The notes under the pieces are model-generated. The model had not been told where the DNA came from. It searched no databases and was given only the letters and a program-made list of their open reading frames with translations. DNA of 64,000 bases. It comes from the human T2T-CHM13v2.0 reference genome, Homo sapiens. Each line of letters starts with the position of its first letter. Within the stretch, counting starts at the first letter, position 1. The translations under genes and the position numbers were made by a program. The stretch is from assembly GCF_009914755.1 (NCBI RefSeq), contig NC_060929.1. One strand, 5' to 3'. This document shows positions 1 to 14,769 of this stretch, piece by piece.

Positions 1-65
1 CCTGACAGAGGCTGGTCCAAAGAGCTCCTCATGATTCTAATGGGCAGCCCGGGTTGGAAAAGCTG
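1..65. mobile_element. MER5-type hAT-Charlie DNA transposon end fragment
   Basis: GATTCTAATGGGCAGCCCGGGTTGGAAAAGCTG resembles the MER5A terminus GATTCTAATGTGCAGCCAGGGTTGAGAACCACTG. Confidence 0.5.
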
Positions 66-1984
66 CCTGACGCTGGCCATGGTCCACCTCCTCCCTCCCC
101 ACCCATCTGGCAGACACAGCCCCACCCACCAGTAACCACAGCCCAGAGCTTCAGAAGTGGTGATAATTAATCCCCCCAACCTCCCCACCCCACCTGGCTC
201 ACACTCCCTGTCCTAGGTCAACCCTGACTCAGCACCTTCAAAGCCCGACTTCTGTAGAGATGCCATCCTAAAGCCAGCCTTCCTCCCTGGACTGCTTATG
301 TAGACTACGAGGGAGTGTAAACCCTGAAAAAGAAAATGTAGGGATGATTCCCTCCACCCTCGATGAGACGCAGCTGCGGAGGGTGGTGTGAGCAGACCCT
401 CCAGAGCCGTGGCTGACAAATTAATACAGCACGGGAATCGAGTGCCTCCCGTCATGCAGGAACTTCCTAGGCATCATTGGGGGATCAGATACACATCAAG
501 TGCCTGCCACAGGGAACGTACCCTCTAATGGGGAGAAGACAAAACCCTTCACATTTGCTTTTGACGTGCCAAGTGGCTTCACAAGTATCTTTTTGTTAAT
601 ATTTAGGAAATATCCATGGATCTGACAATAGACAGTGGCCTGGGTATATAGTGGGGACATGGGCACAGTGGGGTCCTGGGATCAGCAGGGTCTTCAGAAA
701 TTCCAAGTGATGTTCTTAGAGGAAACACTCTACTTAAGGGTGATTGAGACTCGACATTAACATGGGGCATTAGTCACTCAGTGTTTTTTGGAATACGGTT
801 TCATTGCTGATAAATGGAAAGGCCAGGCATGCCCCCACACTGACCAAGAAGTTGTAGTAATGGCAGAAATGTTTCCGGTAATGTCTACACTTTCCTACTC
901 AGTAAGTCGGCAAGCTAAGCTAAGGTTTAATTGTTCAGTTATTTTCTCATTGTTACACACATCATTCATTCATTCACTGAGCACTGTAGTGACGTTGCCC
1001 TTGGCATTCCCATGACGACCCTTCCCCATTCTGCGTAACGTCTGCGACCCTCCCCTGGTCCTCTCCCTGGCCTGCTAATCCCACAAGGCTGGGAGGAAAC
1101 CAGCTGAGTGGGAGGACCAAGGACACCGGACTGGGAGAGCAGATTTGGGACCAATCAGGTGGCAGAGGATTGTGAGATGAGGGCAGGTGTGTCTGCAGAA
1201 GCCAGAAGAAGCTGCCCGACCTTGCCCCTTACCTGGCCAGCAGGGCTGGGCATGGTCAGGGAGCCACACTCACCGAGCCTCTTCTATTCCTATTCTTCAG
1301 TGCTAGGCTCTCCTCTCCCGCTCTCTTCCTCTCCAGCCCTGTGCTCCTGCCTCGTGGGTGCCTGTCCTCTGCTTGGATTCCTGCAGTGCCCCCATCCAGT
1401 CTCTCTGTCCCTGTCCATCCTCCCTGATGCCACCTACATGGCTCCTCTAAAATGCAGACCTAGCTTTATCACATCTGGTTATGAACCTTATGAAATAGAG
1501 CTCAAGTTTCCCAGCACTGTACAGCCATGATGGCATTCCTGCATCCGCCACAGCCCCCACTGAGGCTCCTCTTCCACCAGCCCCTTCTGCCTGGAAGCCC
1601 CTCTTGCCCATCTTCACCAGGTGAGTCCCTGGCCATCCTTAAAAACCCTGCCCAGATGCCCCAACTTCTCTGCAAACAGCTCCTCAACCACTCCTTCAAT
1701 AAAAGCGATGACTTCCTCCTCTGAACTGCGGAGGAGGAAGCTCGGCATTGTTTAGAAAAAGTTCATTTCTGTGCTTATCCTGCCAGTTTACATAATTACA
1801 ACTGTATTGCCCTTTCTCTTTGCTAAATGTCCAACACTTTGTTTGTGCCAAATAGATGTTTGCCACAAGATCTGTTTCCCTGAGCAGACTCCCCATCCTC
1901 TTCATTTTGCCCCTTCTTGCGATGCAAGAAGTGCTTACTGTGGGTCAGCTGCTGTGCAGAATGCTTAATGTGAATGATTTGATT

Positions 1985-2120
1985 AAATCCTTGTAGCAGC
2001 CTATGAAGTAGGTGCTGTTGTTATTCCCGTTTTACAGAGGAAGAAACTGAGGCTTGCTGAGGTTGAATCATGCACAGAGCTGAGCTGCCACCAGGCAACC
2101 AGTCCAGTGCCAGAGCCACC
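1985..2120 (-). mobile_element. MIR SINE fragment
   Basis: ATTCCCGTTTTACAGAGGAAGAAACTGAGGCT is the reverse complement of the MIR core. Confidence 0.75.
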
Positions 2121-4089
2121 TGGTCCTGAGGAGGTGTCTAGTTGGCAAGTACCACGTGTAGCATTATTGTTCCTCATGGCACATATGGATGTTAGGAATG
2201 CCTCTGCAGTTCCATGGTGCATGGTTTTCCTACAATACTCAGAATCAATCCACGAGAGGACGGATGGTGCATCCATCAAGTCTGACACATGGTACGGAAT
2301 TATCAGCAACGTTGGACAAATATATTGGCCCAGATTCATCATAAGCTCCTTGTATTGATTGAGCAAAATCGATGAATGTGTTAATTGCTTCAAACCGTAG
2401 GAGAAAGATAATTATTACAGCTTTATTTATTTTGTATATGAAAGGGAAAGGCATTTTAGAGATTCTGAAAATAACTCAAGAAAGAAGTGCTTTTTGAACA
2501 TAATTGTTACATTGGTAAAATCACTCAGATTGAAGGAATGGCTACCTTAAAATAATTTCTCTAAAATAAATACTAATTCTTCATCACAGTATTTGGCAGG
2601 CATTCTCGAGGTGTTTGACTGAGTTCTTTGATGAAGGAGCTAAGGAAATACTGTCTGGTAAAGGATCAGTTACACGTAAAGTTGAATTGTCCTCAGCTCA
2701 CTTGGAAATTGAAGGGAAAATTTCCAGAAAAATATTTGAAGGGTAATTCTCATTTTTTGATCTTGAAGATCAGACATTTGCAAATATCAGAATATGGAGT
2801 TACAGAACTTATTACATTTTGGTTCTAATAAAAAGCTGTGATTAATATTTTATGAATTTGGACATTTTGTGCACAAAATTATTAAACCAATTATTTTTGC
2901 CTTACGGATCAATATGTATGTATTAGGGTGATTACTTAGTGTCAGATTGGGTGCCCATATTGCTTCCCGTAAGATGTCTGTCAGGAATTGGATATAACTA
3001 TACCAAGTAAAGATCAATTGCTGCTAGGATTAATTTGTGCTGGAGTCCCTCATGATTAGTGACATATGCTACTCAACTCTGCTTCTCAGCCAAGGAAAAA
3101 TAAAAATACCATAGTGGAAACTTCACCAGAATTGAGTGAGTTACAAGCTTAAATTAACTGTAACTAGTTGAGTATTAGAAGCCTTTAAAATGTAACTTTT
3201 TAAGAGTCATCAAAATACTAAATGAATCATAATGTATTTAACCTGGCTTTGTGCAAGGAGGCTGTTCTTTATCAGAGCCCTCTCCTGCAGCGCACATGTG
3301 CCTGCGTCTGACAGCACCTCTCGGGTGGGAGCCTTCCTCCTCCAGGTTGGGTGGGAGAGAAGAGCACAGCAAAGCCAGGGGCCTTGTCCACAGTAGCGGG
3401 TTAGGATCCTCCAGGGGAAGTGCCTTCATCCAATGTGAACAATGCCTAAAACTAATGCAGGAGAGCTGCAGAGACTGGTGGCTGTGACCCCACCCCTCCA
3501 GAGCCCTGCTGACTTCCTTTGATCTCTTTCATAATGTACCCTATGAAACATCATTATCTTAGAGAACTCATACAAGACTGCTACTCTAACTATAAAGATA
3601 AAAATTTCACAACACTTAAAGGACATTACCGTAAGTCACAAATAAAACTGATCTAATAAAAAGTGAGTTGGAACTGAATTGAATTAAAGTGCTTATTTTA
3701 TTAGTAATTTCATTTAAGAGGGTATCCTGGCATCTGCCTTTTCATAAGAGAGATAGAGGGCTCTTGGTTATTCTTGATGATCGGTCAAAGAGAAACAGGT
3801 GACCAACCACAGGAGTCCCTTCCTGCTGCCCCAAACCCCTCGAAGCCACCTGGAGGACTGCATGGCCTCGAGGTGTCTGGGGACACCTGCAGACTCCTCC
3901 CCAGAATAACGTCTTTCGTTGCACAAAACAAAATGCATAGGATTTCAAAGGAAGCCAATTATATTTAAATACAGTTATCAGAACATGTTTTTAAAACATG
4001 ATGAACTAAAATAAATTAAAAAGCACTTTATTAACACATTAAATATTAAGATCTAGAGGCAGGTCTAACACTCTCCTAATCTGACAATA

Positions 4090-4325
4090 ATGAATATCAA
4101 TGACATTTCAAAATATCTACAACAATATCACAACTGTAATGCGATTTTAAAACATTTGTCTATTGGTGACAAAGCCAAGGCATTGCTAATACTGCTGTGG
4201 TTTCTTTCAATCCTAATTATAGGAAGTGCTGAATTGCAGTTCAAAGTTAGTGAAAATGGAGACATTTTTCCCATCCAAATATATATACCCCGAGGAGTGC
4301 ATGGGCCCCAGGTTAAGAACTCGAG
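4090..4325. mobile_element. hAT-Charlie DNA transposon fragment (Charlie4-like)
   Basis: GCTAATACTGCTGTGG...GTTAGTGAAAA...TTTTTCCCATCCAA...CCCCAGGTTAAGAAC, a Charlie-type subterminal and terminal sequence. Confidence 0.55.
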
Positions 4326-7300
4326 GTAGTGTGTGGCTCTAGGTGGTGATGGCTGTCTTGCGAAAGATCCTAAACCTTATTCTGCAGCTCAGGGCCAGAG
4401 CAACTGGGATCAAGATTTAGGAGCCCAACAGGTGTCTCAGTTCTCTGGTGTTATTGGTGGGTGGGGCTGGGATAAAGCTGGAGATCTGCAGGCAGAGGCA
4501 AGGCTCCAGCGCCTTACCCCTTCTGAGTGTGGCTCACTCCTGGGCAGGCACCCACCTCCCTGAGCATCAGATGCCTCCCCTAAAGGCAAGGAGCATAAAC
4601 CCAACTGCTCACATGAATCATGAGGATCAAAGGAAATGATGACACGTGTTCCTTGCATAGGTAAGGTGATCAATAGATGTTCCTGCTTCTAAAGAAGAAG
4701 GAGATTTATTGAATTAAATGCACAGAAATGTATGGCCAAGACACAGCAGCCTCCAATGCACACAGATATCTGCTTTCATAATGATGAGTGTTTCATGGCA
4801 ATATTCACCTCCAGGTGCCTCGGGTGTTTCCGTCCATGACTGTGTTTTTACAGAGATTCACAGGAAACTCAGAAGAGCCTCCTTTTTGCCCTCATAAATC
4901 TACTGCTGTGGACGCTTGCTGTTGCCTTTGCTGACATGCCATCATCAAATGATTTTGCACCATCAGGGGCTGATTTATGGGATTATGTTATTGTTCCAGC
5001 ACAGATTGATATCTGGGTTTTTTCACCTCTTTAACTTTGGTATCATAAGAATTCCATTACATTGGTAGCATCTTTAAATTAGCTTGATTTCTTTTGCTGG
5101 CGTTCAGTTAGAAAATTACGTAGAAGAATATTCTTATTTAAAACATTTACCTCTGTGCTCCCTAAATGCACATCAAAAGTCCTTGTTAGCCATTAAATGT
5201 TGTTGATATTCATTCTTTGTTACAGAATGCAATGCCCACTTGAAAACTTCTTGGCTACCATTTTGTTTCAAGGTGAAAAACCGGTTCATAAATCAAATTT
5301 TAAAATTTGTAAAAAGCTGTGGACCCCAGCAATTATCACAAGTCACACAGAATGAACATCAACTGTTTCAGTACAACTGAAAGAGAATTTCCCTGTAGTC
5401 AATTACATGGATCCTTTCTAATATTAATACTTTTACGAAAGATCCTTTCTTTAGTAGAATTTAAGAGAAACCTAGCTGAAATATTCGACCTGCAGGACTA
5501 GCCAAGTTTCTCAGAAACACCTGTGATATGACATATGGTCTTACTGCAATTGGAGGCTATTCAACAGTGGAATACCAATGCCTGCTTCACATTCTCTTAA
5601 CTGGTCAGTCAACTGAGGCCTTGAGCATTGACCCAAAATCTAGGGTGAGGCTTTCTGCATTTGGGAAGAGACTGACCAGCTATCTCTAGGGTTCTCCCCC
5701 AATCTGAAGACTTAAGTGGGTAGACTCTGCATTCTCATGGGACAGAGTGTGGGATACAGCGAACTGATCCTCCAGGATTTCTACGCTGTTTTTATTGTAT
5801 TCCCAGTGATTTTCCCATAGTTTAGAAATATTGAAATGTCCTCATCTGAGATGATTATAGGCAGAAAGCATCCTCCTATCCCCAGTGTTTTTCAGCACCC
5901 ACCCCCCCCCCCGCCGGCATATCATTCTAGGAAGGAATATTATCCTTTATGTGGAAATGGAGCCTGCAATGATATCTAAATCAGTTCCTGGGCCTGGGTG
6001 GTGTTGCCATAACTACTGATCTAGGTTTGTAATATCAGCAAATAGAAACAGACCTGCCCTACAGTGCTCAGACCATTTGTTCATATTTATTTATGTCTCC
6101 TTTTTGCTCCTGTTAAACACATTATTTAGCTGTCACGTAATCTTTTAGTGAGATGATTCCGATCACCCTATCCTGAGAAAAATCTTAAAGGCCCTCCATC
6201 CCCACCTTGGCTCCAGTCACACACCGTTTAGAGGTCTCAGGTTCCCACTGGTTTCCCAGCTCCACCGAATGTCCCATTTGGATAAGCCGCAGGCTCTCAG
6301 CCCTCGGCGTCCCCAGCTTTGTTGGAAAGGTGAACACAGCAGGCTTTGCAGCAGCTGTTGGTCAGCACTTGACCTTATTGGCCATGATGAAGGCCAGTAG
6401 GCTGGACAAGCCCAAGCGAGGGTGATGGTCGTTTAACCTCTACAGGCCTTTCAGACCACCCCATGCTGTCTCTGTGGCCAGAAGATGCTCCGAGACTTCA
6501 GAACTGGGTCTTGGTCAGGACTCGACCAGAAAAGACAATCTCAACCTAGGACTCAAGACCCAGATGTGGGAGGAGGCGTATGAAGAAAGCAGCCAATGGG
6601 CTACCCTGAGAGTCAGGGACCTGGTATCAAGAAAGGAGGGGGATCTGCCGGCAGCTGCAGGGCCACCATTGAGGGTAAGGGCAAGAGCAAGGCAAGGCCC
6701 CCACCCCAGATTTGCATTCAGCTTTCCAGTGGACGGGGCATGCAAGCTTTCCCAGAAGCCCAGGCAACAGAGGGATCCTGGACTGAGGAGTGAGGCCAGT
6801 TCCTGTGTTCTCATGCTCCCGAGGGTGGCATGGCTGAAGCAGACCAGTGCTCCTCAAGGAGCTGCCAGGGCCCAGCTCCTCCTGCTCCTGCTTAGTGAGA
6901 ATTGCCCGGGGGCATCTTCCCTGTGCTGCCTCATGTGGAAGCATCATCAAGGAGGAGTTGTCAAGTGCCAGGTATGAGAGGCCACTAACTGCCGGGCTTG
7001 ACAGAACGACCTATTGGAGGGCTCAAGGAAGAAAAAGGCCACCCTCACTCAGCGTGCACTTAGGGCAGAATAAGCCTCACCCAAAATCCCTGTGGGACTT
7101 TCCCCATAGAATTCTATGGAAACTTCCATACATCACCATTAGATTAAGTTGCCCAGGGAGATTGAGGGAAATATAAGATTTCTGCTGCAGGAAAAGGAAT
7201 CTGACATTTCCGGCTTCTGAACCAAGCGTGAAAGGCTGATTTGTAATTTGTTTGGTCTTAACAAAAATAATAGTGTGCAATTAACTAAGGCGTCAAGCAC

Positions 7301-7793
7301 AGTTGGAGTGAACGATAAACGGAAGGCAGCATTTTCCATAAGTAAAAGCTTTCAGAGTGTGCATCTCTAAATCATCCATTTCTTCGCTACTGACTCTTTT
7401 CCTTTCTTTTGATGTTGTTATTTTCTTGACATAATTACAGCAAAGATTGGTACATTGCACCCAATCTTAATTGTATCTCCCTTCAGTCTCATTTATTTCA
7501 TTGTTACCTGCTATTCCTTTAAATTAGTAAGTCATGATGTTTACAGATTGGTAGTATTCTTAAAAATATTTCAAATTGTGCTAGAAGGTTTCACCCTGAA
7601 ATGGGGTGAGTACATTCTTTTATTTATTCTAGAGCTTGCAAACATATTTTAAGTGTATAATACAGTGATCCTAAAGAAAGGCTGGGGAAAGAATTTGAGT
7701 TTGGAGGATAGCAGTGAAAAGAGGGCCACATGAACAGGTGAAGAGGAGGCTGGCATGTCCTTGGTGCAGGGCCTTGGGTAAGGAAGGTGCTAA

Positions 7794-8289
<496 letters not shown>

Positions 8290-8337
8290 TGTGCTGTTAT
8301 TTTGCACCAAATTTTTGTTTCAGATTATTCTAAGAGA

Positions 8338-8453
<116 letters not shown>

Positions 8454-9344
8454 TAAGGGCTTTTTTAAAAACACAAACACAAATATTGAGAATTACGTAA
8501 TTAAGTAGAATTGGGAAACAGGCCTAGCAAACAAGGTCAGTTGTAAACCAAGACCTCAGTGATGCTTTTGAGCTGTTGAGTGATGTTTTGAGCTACATTT
8601 GGCACCTGCTAACCACTCAGAGAAAATTATCTTCCCAATACATGAGTGTTTTAGGTCCTGCAGTAGGAACAATGAAACTACAAAAGATTTACAATCCCAT
8701 ATCAAAAAACAATTCCAAATTCAAGATGACAAGATGTCTCACAAGTCGAAAAGGAATGGGAAATAGCTCCCAGTGCATTCCCATAGAATCATAGCACATA
8801 CCTTGTGGTTTTGTTTGTTCCTGTGTCTGATTAGGTTCTGAAGGTCTTTATCAGAAGTAGCTGATTTCCCTGCCTTGTAGTTGAGGGTTCTTGGCCCCTG
8901 CTAGCTGCACTTCTTAATTAGAGGAACTTGAACAGTTTCTGGAGGTTGGAAAGAAAAAACAAGGAGATGACTTGCGGCGCTCAGAGCCAGTAACATGCTG
9001 GCAGCCAGCAGGCCTGAAAGGGGCAGCAGGGAGGGCCGTGTCTGCCTTCTCTGGGTTTCAATGGTGGGTGACACCGGGTGCCTCAGGTCACCCTCAGTAG
9101 AATTTTAAATGCCTTAATGACGTTTCAAAAATAGAGATTCATTTGGACTTAGAGTGCAGCTAATTTCTGCTCCGGGTATTTTAACCTCTTGCAGTCAACA
9201 GCATTCGTAGCTCTGCAGGGCCATCTGTGCTGGTCCCTTGATAAGAAGCTACAATTCAATGGATTACCAATAGCACCCTCATGTATGACTACAGAGGCAC
9301 TGTCGCCAGGCTCAGGCACTTTTTAACTATAACTAGCATTTTAG

Positions 9345-9656
<312 letters not shown>

Positions 9657-11509
9657 TAGTTTTCTTAGACCTTTAAAAGCAACAACAAATATTTAGAATT
9701 ACATAATTAAGCAGAGTTAGGAAACAGAGCTGGAAAACATTTAGTTTTCTTAAACTTTGTCTTAATGGATTGCAGAGCCAAGTGAAGTGGCAGACAGTAA
9801 TGAGGCTGAGTCTAAATAGAAGTGAATATTTTAATTTCATAACAGAAAACTGGGAGATGAGCAAAAAGTAATTTTCTCCAAGACCCAATCTCAGGATCCA
9901 GTGGTTCTCAACCTCGGTTTCCACTCCCCAGTGCCTGGGGGTGGAGGGCGCTTTGCACCTCGTTTCAACAGGGACTCTGGGGGGGGCTCTGGGATGCTTC
10001 GGGTGCCCCTCTCCGCCCCCAGCAATTCAGACACAGCTGCTCTGTGTCCTGGAAAGGAAAGAGCCCTCCGGGATGACCCCTCGCTCACTTCCTGCGTGGG
10101 AATCGCTGCTGGAAATGGACCCTGATGGTCTAGGCTTCCGGAGGCCAGCTCCAGGGCGCAGCAGAAGAGCTGCTGCCTCACCTTAAACCTGCCTCCGTGA
10201 GGACGGAACCTGGACTCCTCGCCATTTCTGCATTTCCACGTTTGCTTTTTACCCCGCGCAAAGCGTTTCCACTTTCTCCTCTCAGTGTATTTGCTCCCTT
10301 CCTTCCCCCGACACCAGCCTGTCTCCCTCTGCTGCCCAGGGGCCCCAGGCGACCTCCCTCGCCTCACACTCCCCTTGCACCCTCTATCCTCCCTTCCTGC
10401 CCCTCCCTCTTCCTTCCCTCTGCCCCTGCCACCCTCCCAGGGCCCTGAGCAGTGCGGGGAGGCATGGAGGGGCTGAGGCCTCCCCACTGACTCGGCAGCC
10501 ACGGCGATGCAGCGCCCAGCGTCTTCACGGTGGAACTAGCCACTTCTTCCCCTCCCTGTTTCCTCTTCCAAAAACTGGAACCAGGGTCACCTCCAGTCCT
10601 TGTCAGCACCAGGCAGCCATCATGGGGAGCGAACTGCTCAGCACTCAGGAAGTGTGAGCTGCTCACGAGCCCCTCACACCCCAAGGCCAGGTGTCCTGTT
10701 GGAGTCCCCCCAACCCATCTGCCTCCTCCCACAGCCTCTCCCCTTCCCCACCTGAGAGCAGGCCACCTGCAGCTGGCTGTGGCCCGTGGGCCTCCTGGGG
10801 GGCTGTGTCCTGTCTCCCAATCTGGGGCTGGACGCTCCCCCAGGTGGGGCTGGGCAGTGTGGCCCCTGGCGGGCAGCAACATGGGGCCTGCCGGACCAGC
10901 CCAGCCCTGCGCCTAGTAAGCGCTCAGCACCTATCGGAGAATGAGGTTGAGTTGATGTCCTTCAGGCACTGCTAGATCATGAACCATCAGAGAAAGACGA
11001 AGGGTGTGGAGTGCACCTTAACTGCAGTGTCAGGAAAGTGGACATTTTTAGCCACAAAGCCAGGGCCGTCAAAGGGCTTTCTGGTGATGCTGACTGCCAA
11101 AGGCATGTCACTCCGGCCCTACATACATCATGTGAATTATCTTTCTCTAAACACTGAATTTATTGGTCAGAGTGTTTTAGTACGTGAGAATAAGCTTTAT
11201 GGGGTTTTGTTTGTAATCACGTGCCCTTGAAATGTCATCATACCATTCGCCAGAAAACACACCAGCAGGACGTTTGAGAGAGGTTTGTATTTTGAGTCAA
11301 GAGGCACTAAATGGAGGAGGCTGCTCACTGTTCTGGGCCTGGGACTGTCACCCGGCACATGAGGCTTTGCTGTTTATTTTGTTAAGTAACTTAATGTTAG
11401 GGGTGTCATTTAAATAACTTCTCTGTAAACATCTTTTCTTTTATTTCATTGTAGTCCTTCCCTGATTGAAGATTTCTATGCTACTGTGTAAATTCATTCT
11501 CTTCCCACA

Positions 11510-11582
11510 ATCTCTCTGTCTCTCTCTGCCTCCCTCCCTCCCTGCTCTCTCTCCCTCCCTCTCCTCCCCTTTCCTCCTTCCA
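11510..11582. repeat. CT-rich low-complexity tract
   Basis: TCTCTCTGTCTCTCTCTGCCTCCCTCCCTCCC... polypyrimidine run. Confidence 0.8.
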
Positions 11583-11619
11583 TTCAGCTGTGACTTTTAT
11601 TCTTGGAGCCTGCATTATC

Positions 11620-11997
11620 CTACATTATTTGAGAGCTGCTAAAACAAAGTCCCCACAGGCTGGGGGCTTCAACGACAGAAATGCATTCTCTCGCAGACTT
11701 CCTGGAGAGGGGAAGTCTGAGATCCAGGTGTGGGCAGGGCTGGATCCCGAGGCTGCTGCTTGGCTTGTAGACATCATCTTCTCCCTGGGTCCTCACAGGA
11801 TCTGTCTCCTCTACGTGTGTCTGAATTTCCTCTTCCTAGAGGGACACCAGTCCTATTGGATTAGGCCCCAACCTGATTACCTCATTTTAAGGTAATTATC
11901 TCTATAAAGATTTCTATTTCCAAATACAGTCTCGTTCTGAGGTGCTGAGGGCTGGGACTTCAGCATAGGAATTTGAGAGGACACAGCTCAGCCCACA
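11620..11997 (-). mobile_element. ERVL-MaLR solo LTR (MLT1A/B-like)
   Basis: AACAAAGTCCCCACAGGCTGGGGGCTT...GGACACCAGTCCTATTGGATTAGGCCC...TTCCAAATACAGTC...GGACACAGCTCAGCCCA, typical antisense MLT1. Confidence 0.8.
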
Positions 11998-13727
11998 GGA
12001 GAGCCTTGCTTTCCAAGCACGTATGAGTTTGTGTCATTTGTCTTCTTTCCTGCAGCTTTTGCCTCTCAGATGTCCTCCTGTTTGTCTTTGCCGGGGGTCT
12101 CTGCCCTGCGGGCCCCACCGCCCCAGCCTCTCCACCCGCGCCCCCCAGACTGTGTTCCTTCCCATCCCCCTTTGTTCCTGCAGCATCGACACATCCCTCC
12201 TCACAAACTTTAGGTTTTGCAGGTTTATCTGTTTTTCTTAGCTGTCCCAGAATTTTTTCTTTCTTCCTTTTTCAGATCACTGTATCGCCTTTATCTCTTA
12301 CGCCTGACTTTTCCCTCCGCCTTCAGGATTCTTCCTGCCTTGTCTGCTGGGCCTCTCTCCTTGCTCTCATCCAGATCAATGAACAGGGACTCGATCCATC
12401 TTCTTTGGCACTTTTCCCATTTCCCTGTGATCCCTGGATGACACTATTTTTTGTCTCACTTTACCTTTCACCGTCTCTATAAACCTCCCCCGTCCCTGTT
12501 CTCATGCTGCTCCTCTGCATGTGTCCAAGGTTAACAGTGTTCCTTTCTCTCCTTCCTTTCCAGCCACTGCTGTCTTGAAAATGCCTTGTCCTGGTTGAGC
12601 GAGCCCCCTGCCCTGTTCCCTCGCTCTGGTTTGGAGCATCGCCTCACCACTGCTAACTGCTCAGGGAAGCCGGTCATCCTCCCTGGAGCTGGAGCAGGGG
12701 CGCGGGGTGGGTGAAGGGATGCTCCTGCTGTGTGCACTGGCCTGAGGACAGAGAAAGAGGGCAACCGGCAAAGTGAGAGTGTGGAGGGGTGGAGTCAGGC
12801 AGGCAGTGCAGACACTCAGGCGGGACAACAGACACGGGCTGACTGGTGGATCCTTATTTCAAACAGCCGCCTGGAGCATCAGTGAAACTTGAAGGTGGCT
12901 CTCCAGTGAGGAGCTGAGGCTGAAATGATCATGGGGAATCTTTTCATTCCATTGGATTTGATGCTGATGTACCAAGTTGATGCTTTTTCTTAATCACCAT
13001 TTTCATCATTTTAAATGTTTTACCAAATTTAGATGGAAGATGCTTTCTGAAAGCCTTCAATTCTACTTCTTAGAAGAATTTTACTCAGTTAACTTATAGT
13101 TACTTCCGGAAATGATTATTAGTTGTTAATTTTATTGATCAAATTGTTTGAAACAAGCACCTACCAGAGTGCTTGTTTGGGGGATACACCAGACCAGTCA
13201 CAAGGCGCATCAGAGAACAGTTATGTTCCATCATGTGCACTTTACGTGCATTCTTGTTTTACTCAGAAGTAGACAAATTCACTAAAATATCCTCAATTAT
13301 CACCACCGGTCTGCCACAAGACTTGAGAAGAGGGTAGAATGGCCTTCTTCATGATTCCTGCAGAGGCTGACAGACTTGTGCGTGCAACCAGCCCGCCGCC
13401 TCTGCATCTCTTCACGTTCTTCTTGTTTGGTCAGCCTCCTGTCTCTTGCCTCCTTGGAATCTTGAACTCTGCAAGAGCAGGGCCGACTTGGTTTCCTCCA
13501 CCAGCATTGATGGAGGGCAGCAAATCTGCCTGAGCTTTGGCTGCGTCTTCTCCAGATCAATTGTTATCTTCATGTGTCCAGATGCACAGCTGGGCAGGTA
13601 ACACAAAGCATCATTTCCATGCTCAGGCACCCAGGCCAATCCATTCCAGATGCTTCATGAGTTGAGGGATTTTCCATAAACTTCAGAGATGTCAGAGTCC
13701 ACCAAAATATTATAAGGCTGGGTTCTT

Positions 13728-13965
13728 TATATATATGTATATGAACATAATCTATATTTTATATATTTATATCTAAATATTCTAATCTATACATATTTAT
13801 ATAATCTAAGGCTTATATATATAAGCTATGGTGTTGAGCTACAGTGTTCATATTATATATATATTTTTTATATATATGTAATTATGTATATCTATATCCT
13901 TAGATTATACATATATATAATCTAAGTGTGTGTGTGTGTGTGTATATATATACACACACACACTA
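13728..13965. repeat. (TA)n-rich low complexity plus a (TG)n(TA)n(CA)n microsatellite
   Basis: Direct reading. Confidence 0.9.
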
Positions 13966-14769
13966 AGGCTCTTTGTAAAATGAAAATGTATGTTTAAAGT
14001 AGTTATATAAATTTTTTTATTCAAACAGTATACACTTATATGTTTACATTTCAATTTCAGGATGACACCCCTGACTTTCACAATGTCATAATTTAAATGA
14101 TCTATAGGGACTTTTTTCTTCCTCTAAGTGCTCTTAACCCAAAAAAGCCAATTAAATGGAGAACAATATAAATAGATTTTCTCTGTTGCTGCCAACTTTG
14201 ATCTGCCCTCATGACGATAACAATTTATTAGAGAAGGAGATGGCTCTAATTTGGTTCAGTTTAACAAATGTTACTCCGTTGGAATCAGACACCCCTCTGT
14301 GATGAGAGTGAACACAGAGGACATTCGGTGATGGTGCCGGGCGGGACCCTGCAATGGTCTGTGGCGATTATAAGACAACAGCGATGCCGGGGCCGCAGTG
14401 TTCAGAGCCCAGTGGCGGCTCTGTTGTGTGGACCAACACTGAACGCAGAGCTCCTCTAAAGGCTCATGGTTATTTAGAGAGCAGAACATGGTGTGATGAC
14501 TTTGACCTCTAAATGAAGGATGGACCCCTGGAAGCCTGGTGCTCCCCAGAGGGCTTGTGCCTTTGTGCACCTCCAGGTGATCCATGTGTGTCCAGGCCTG
14601 CAACTAGCCAATTATATAATGCTATGATTGCTCTTACTATTACTATTATCATTTTACAGTGCTTTGGTATTTCATGAAGAGGCCAGGAAAAGCGTGGATT
14701 ACGTGACTGTGTGCAGAATTATAATGGTATATGTTATGTTGTCTAACCTGTAAAACTCTTAAGAATTTT

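Noticed and set aside
2243-2291. Possible small exon CAG|AATC...CATG|GTACGG
   Set aside because: 49 nt, frameshifting, weak donor and no homology
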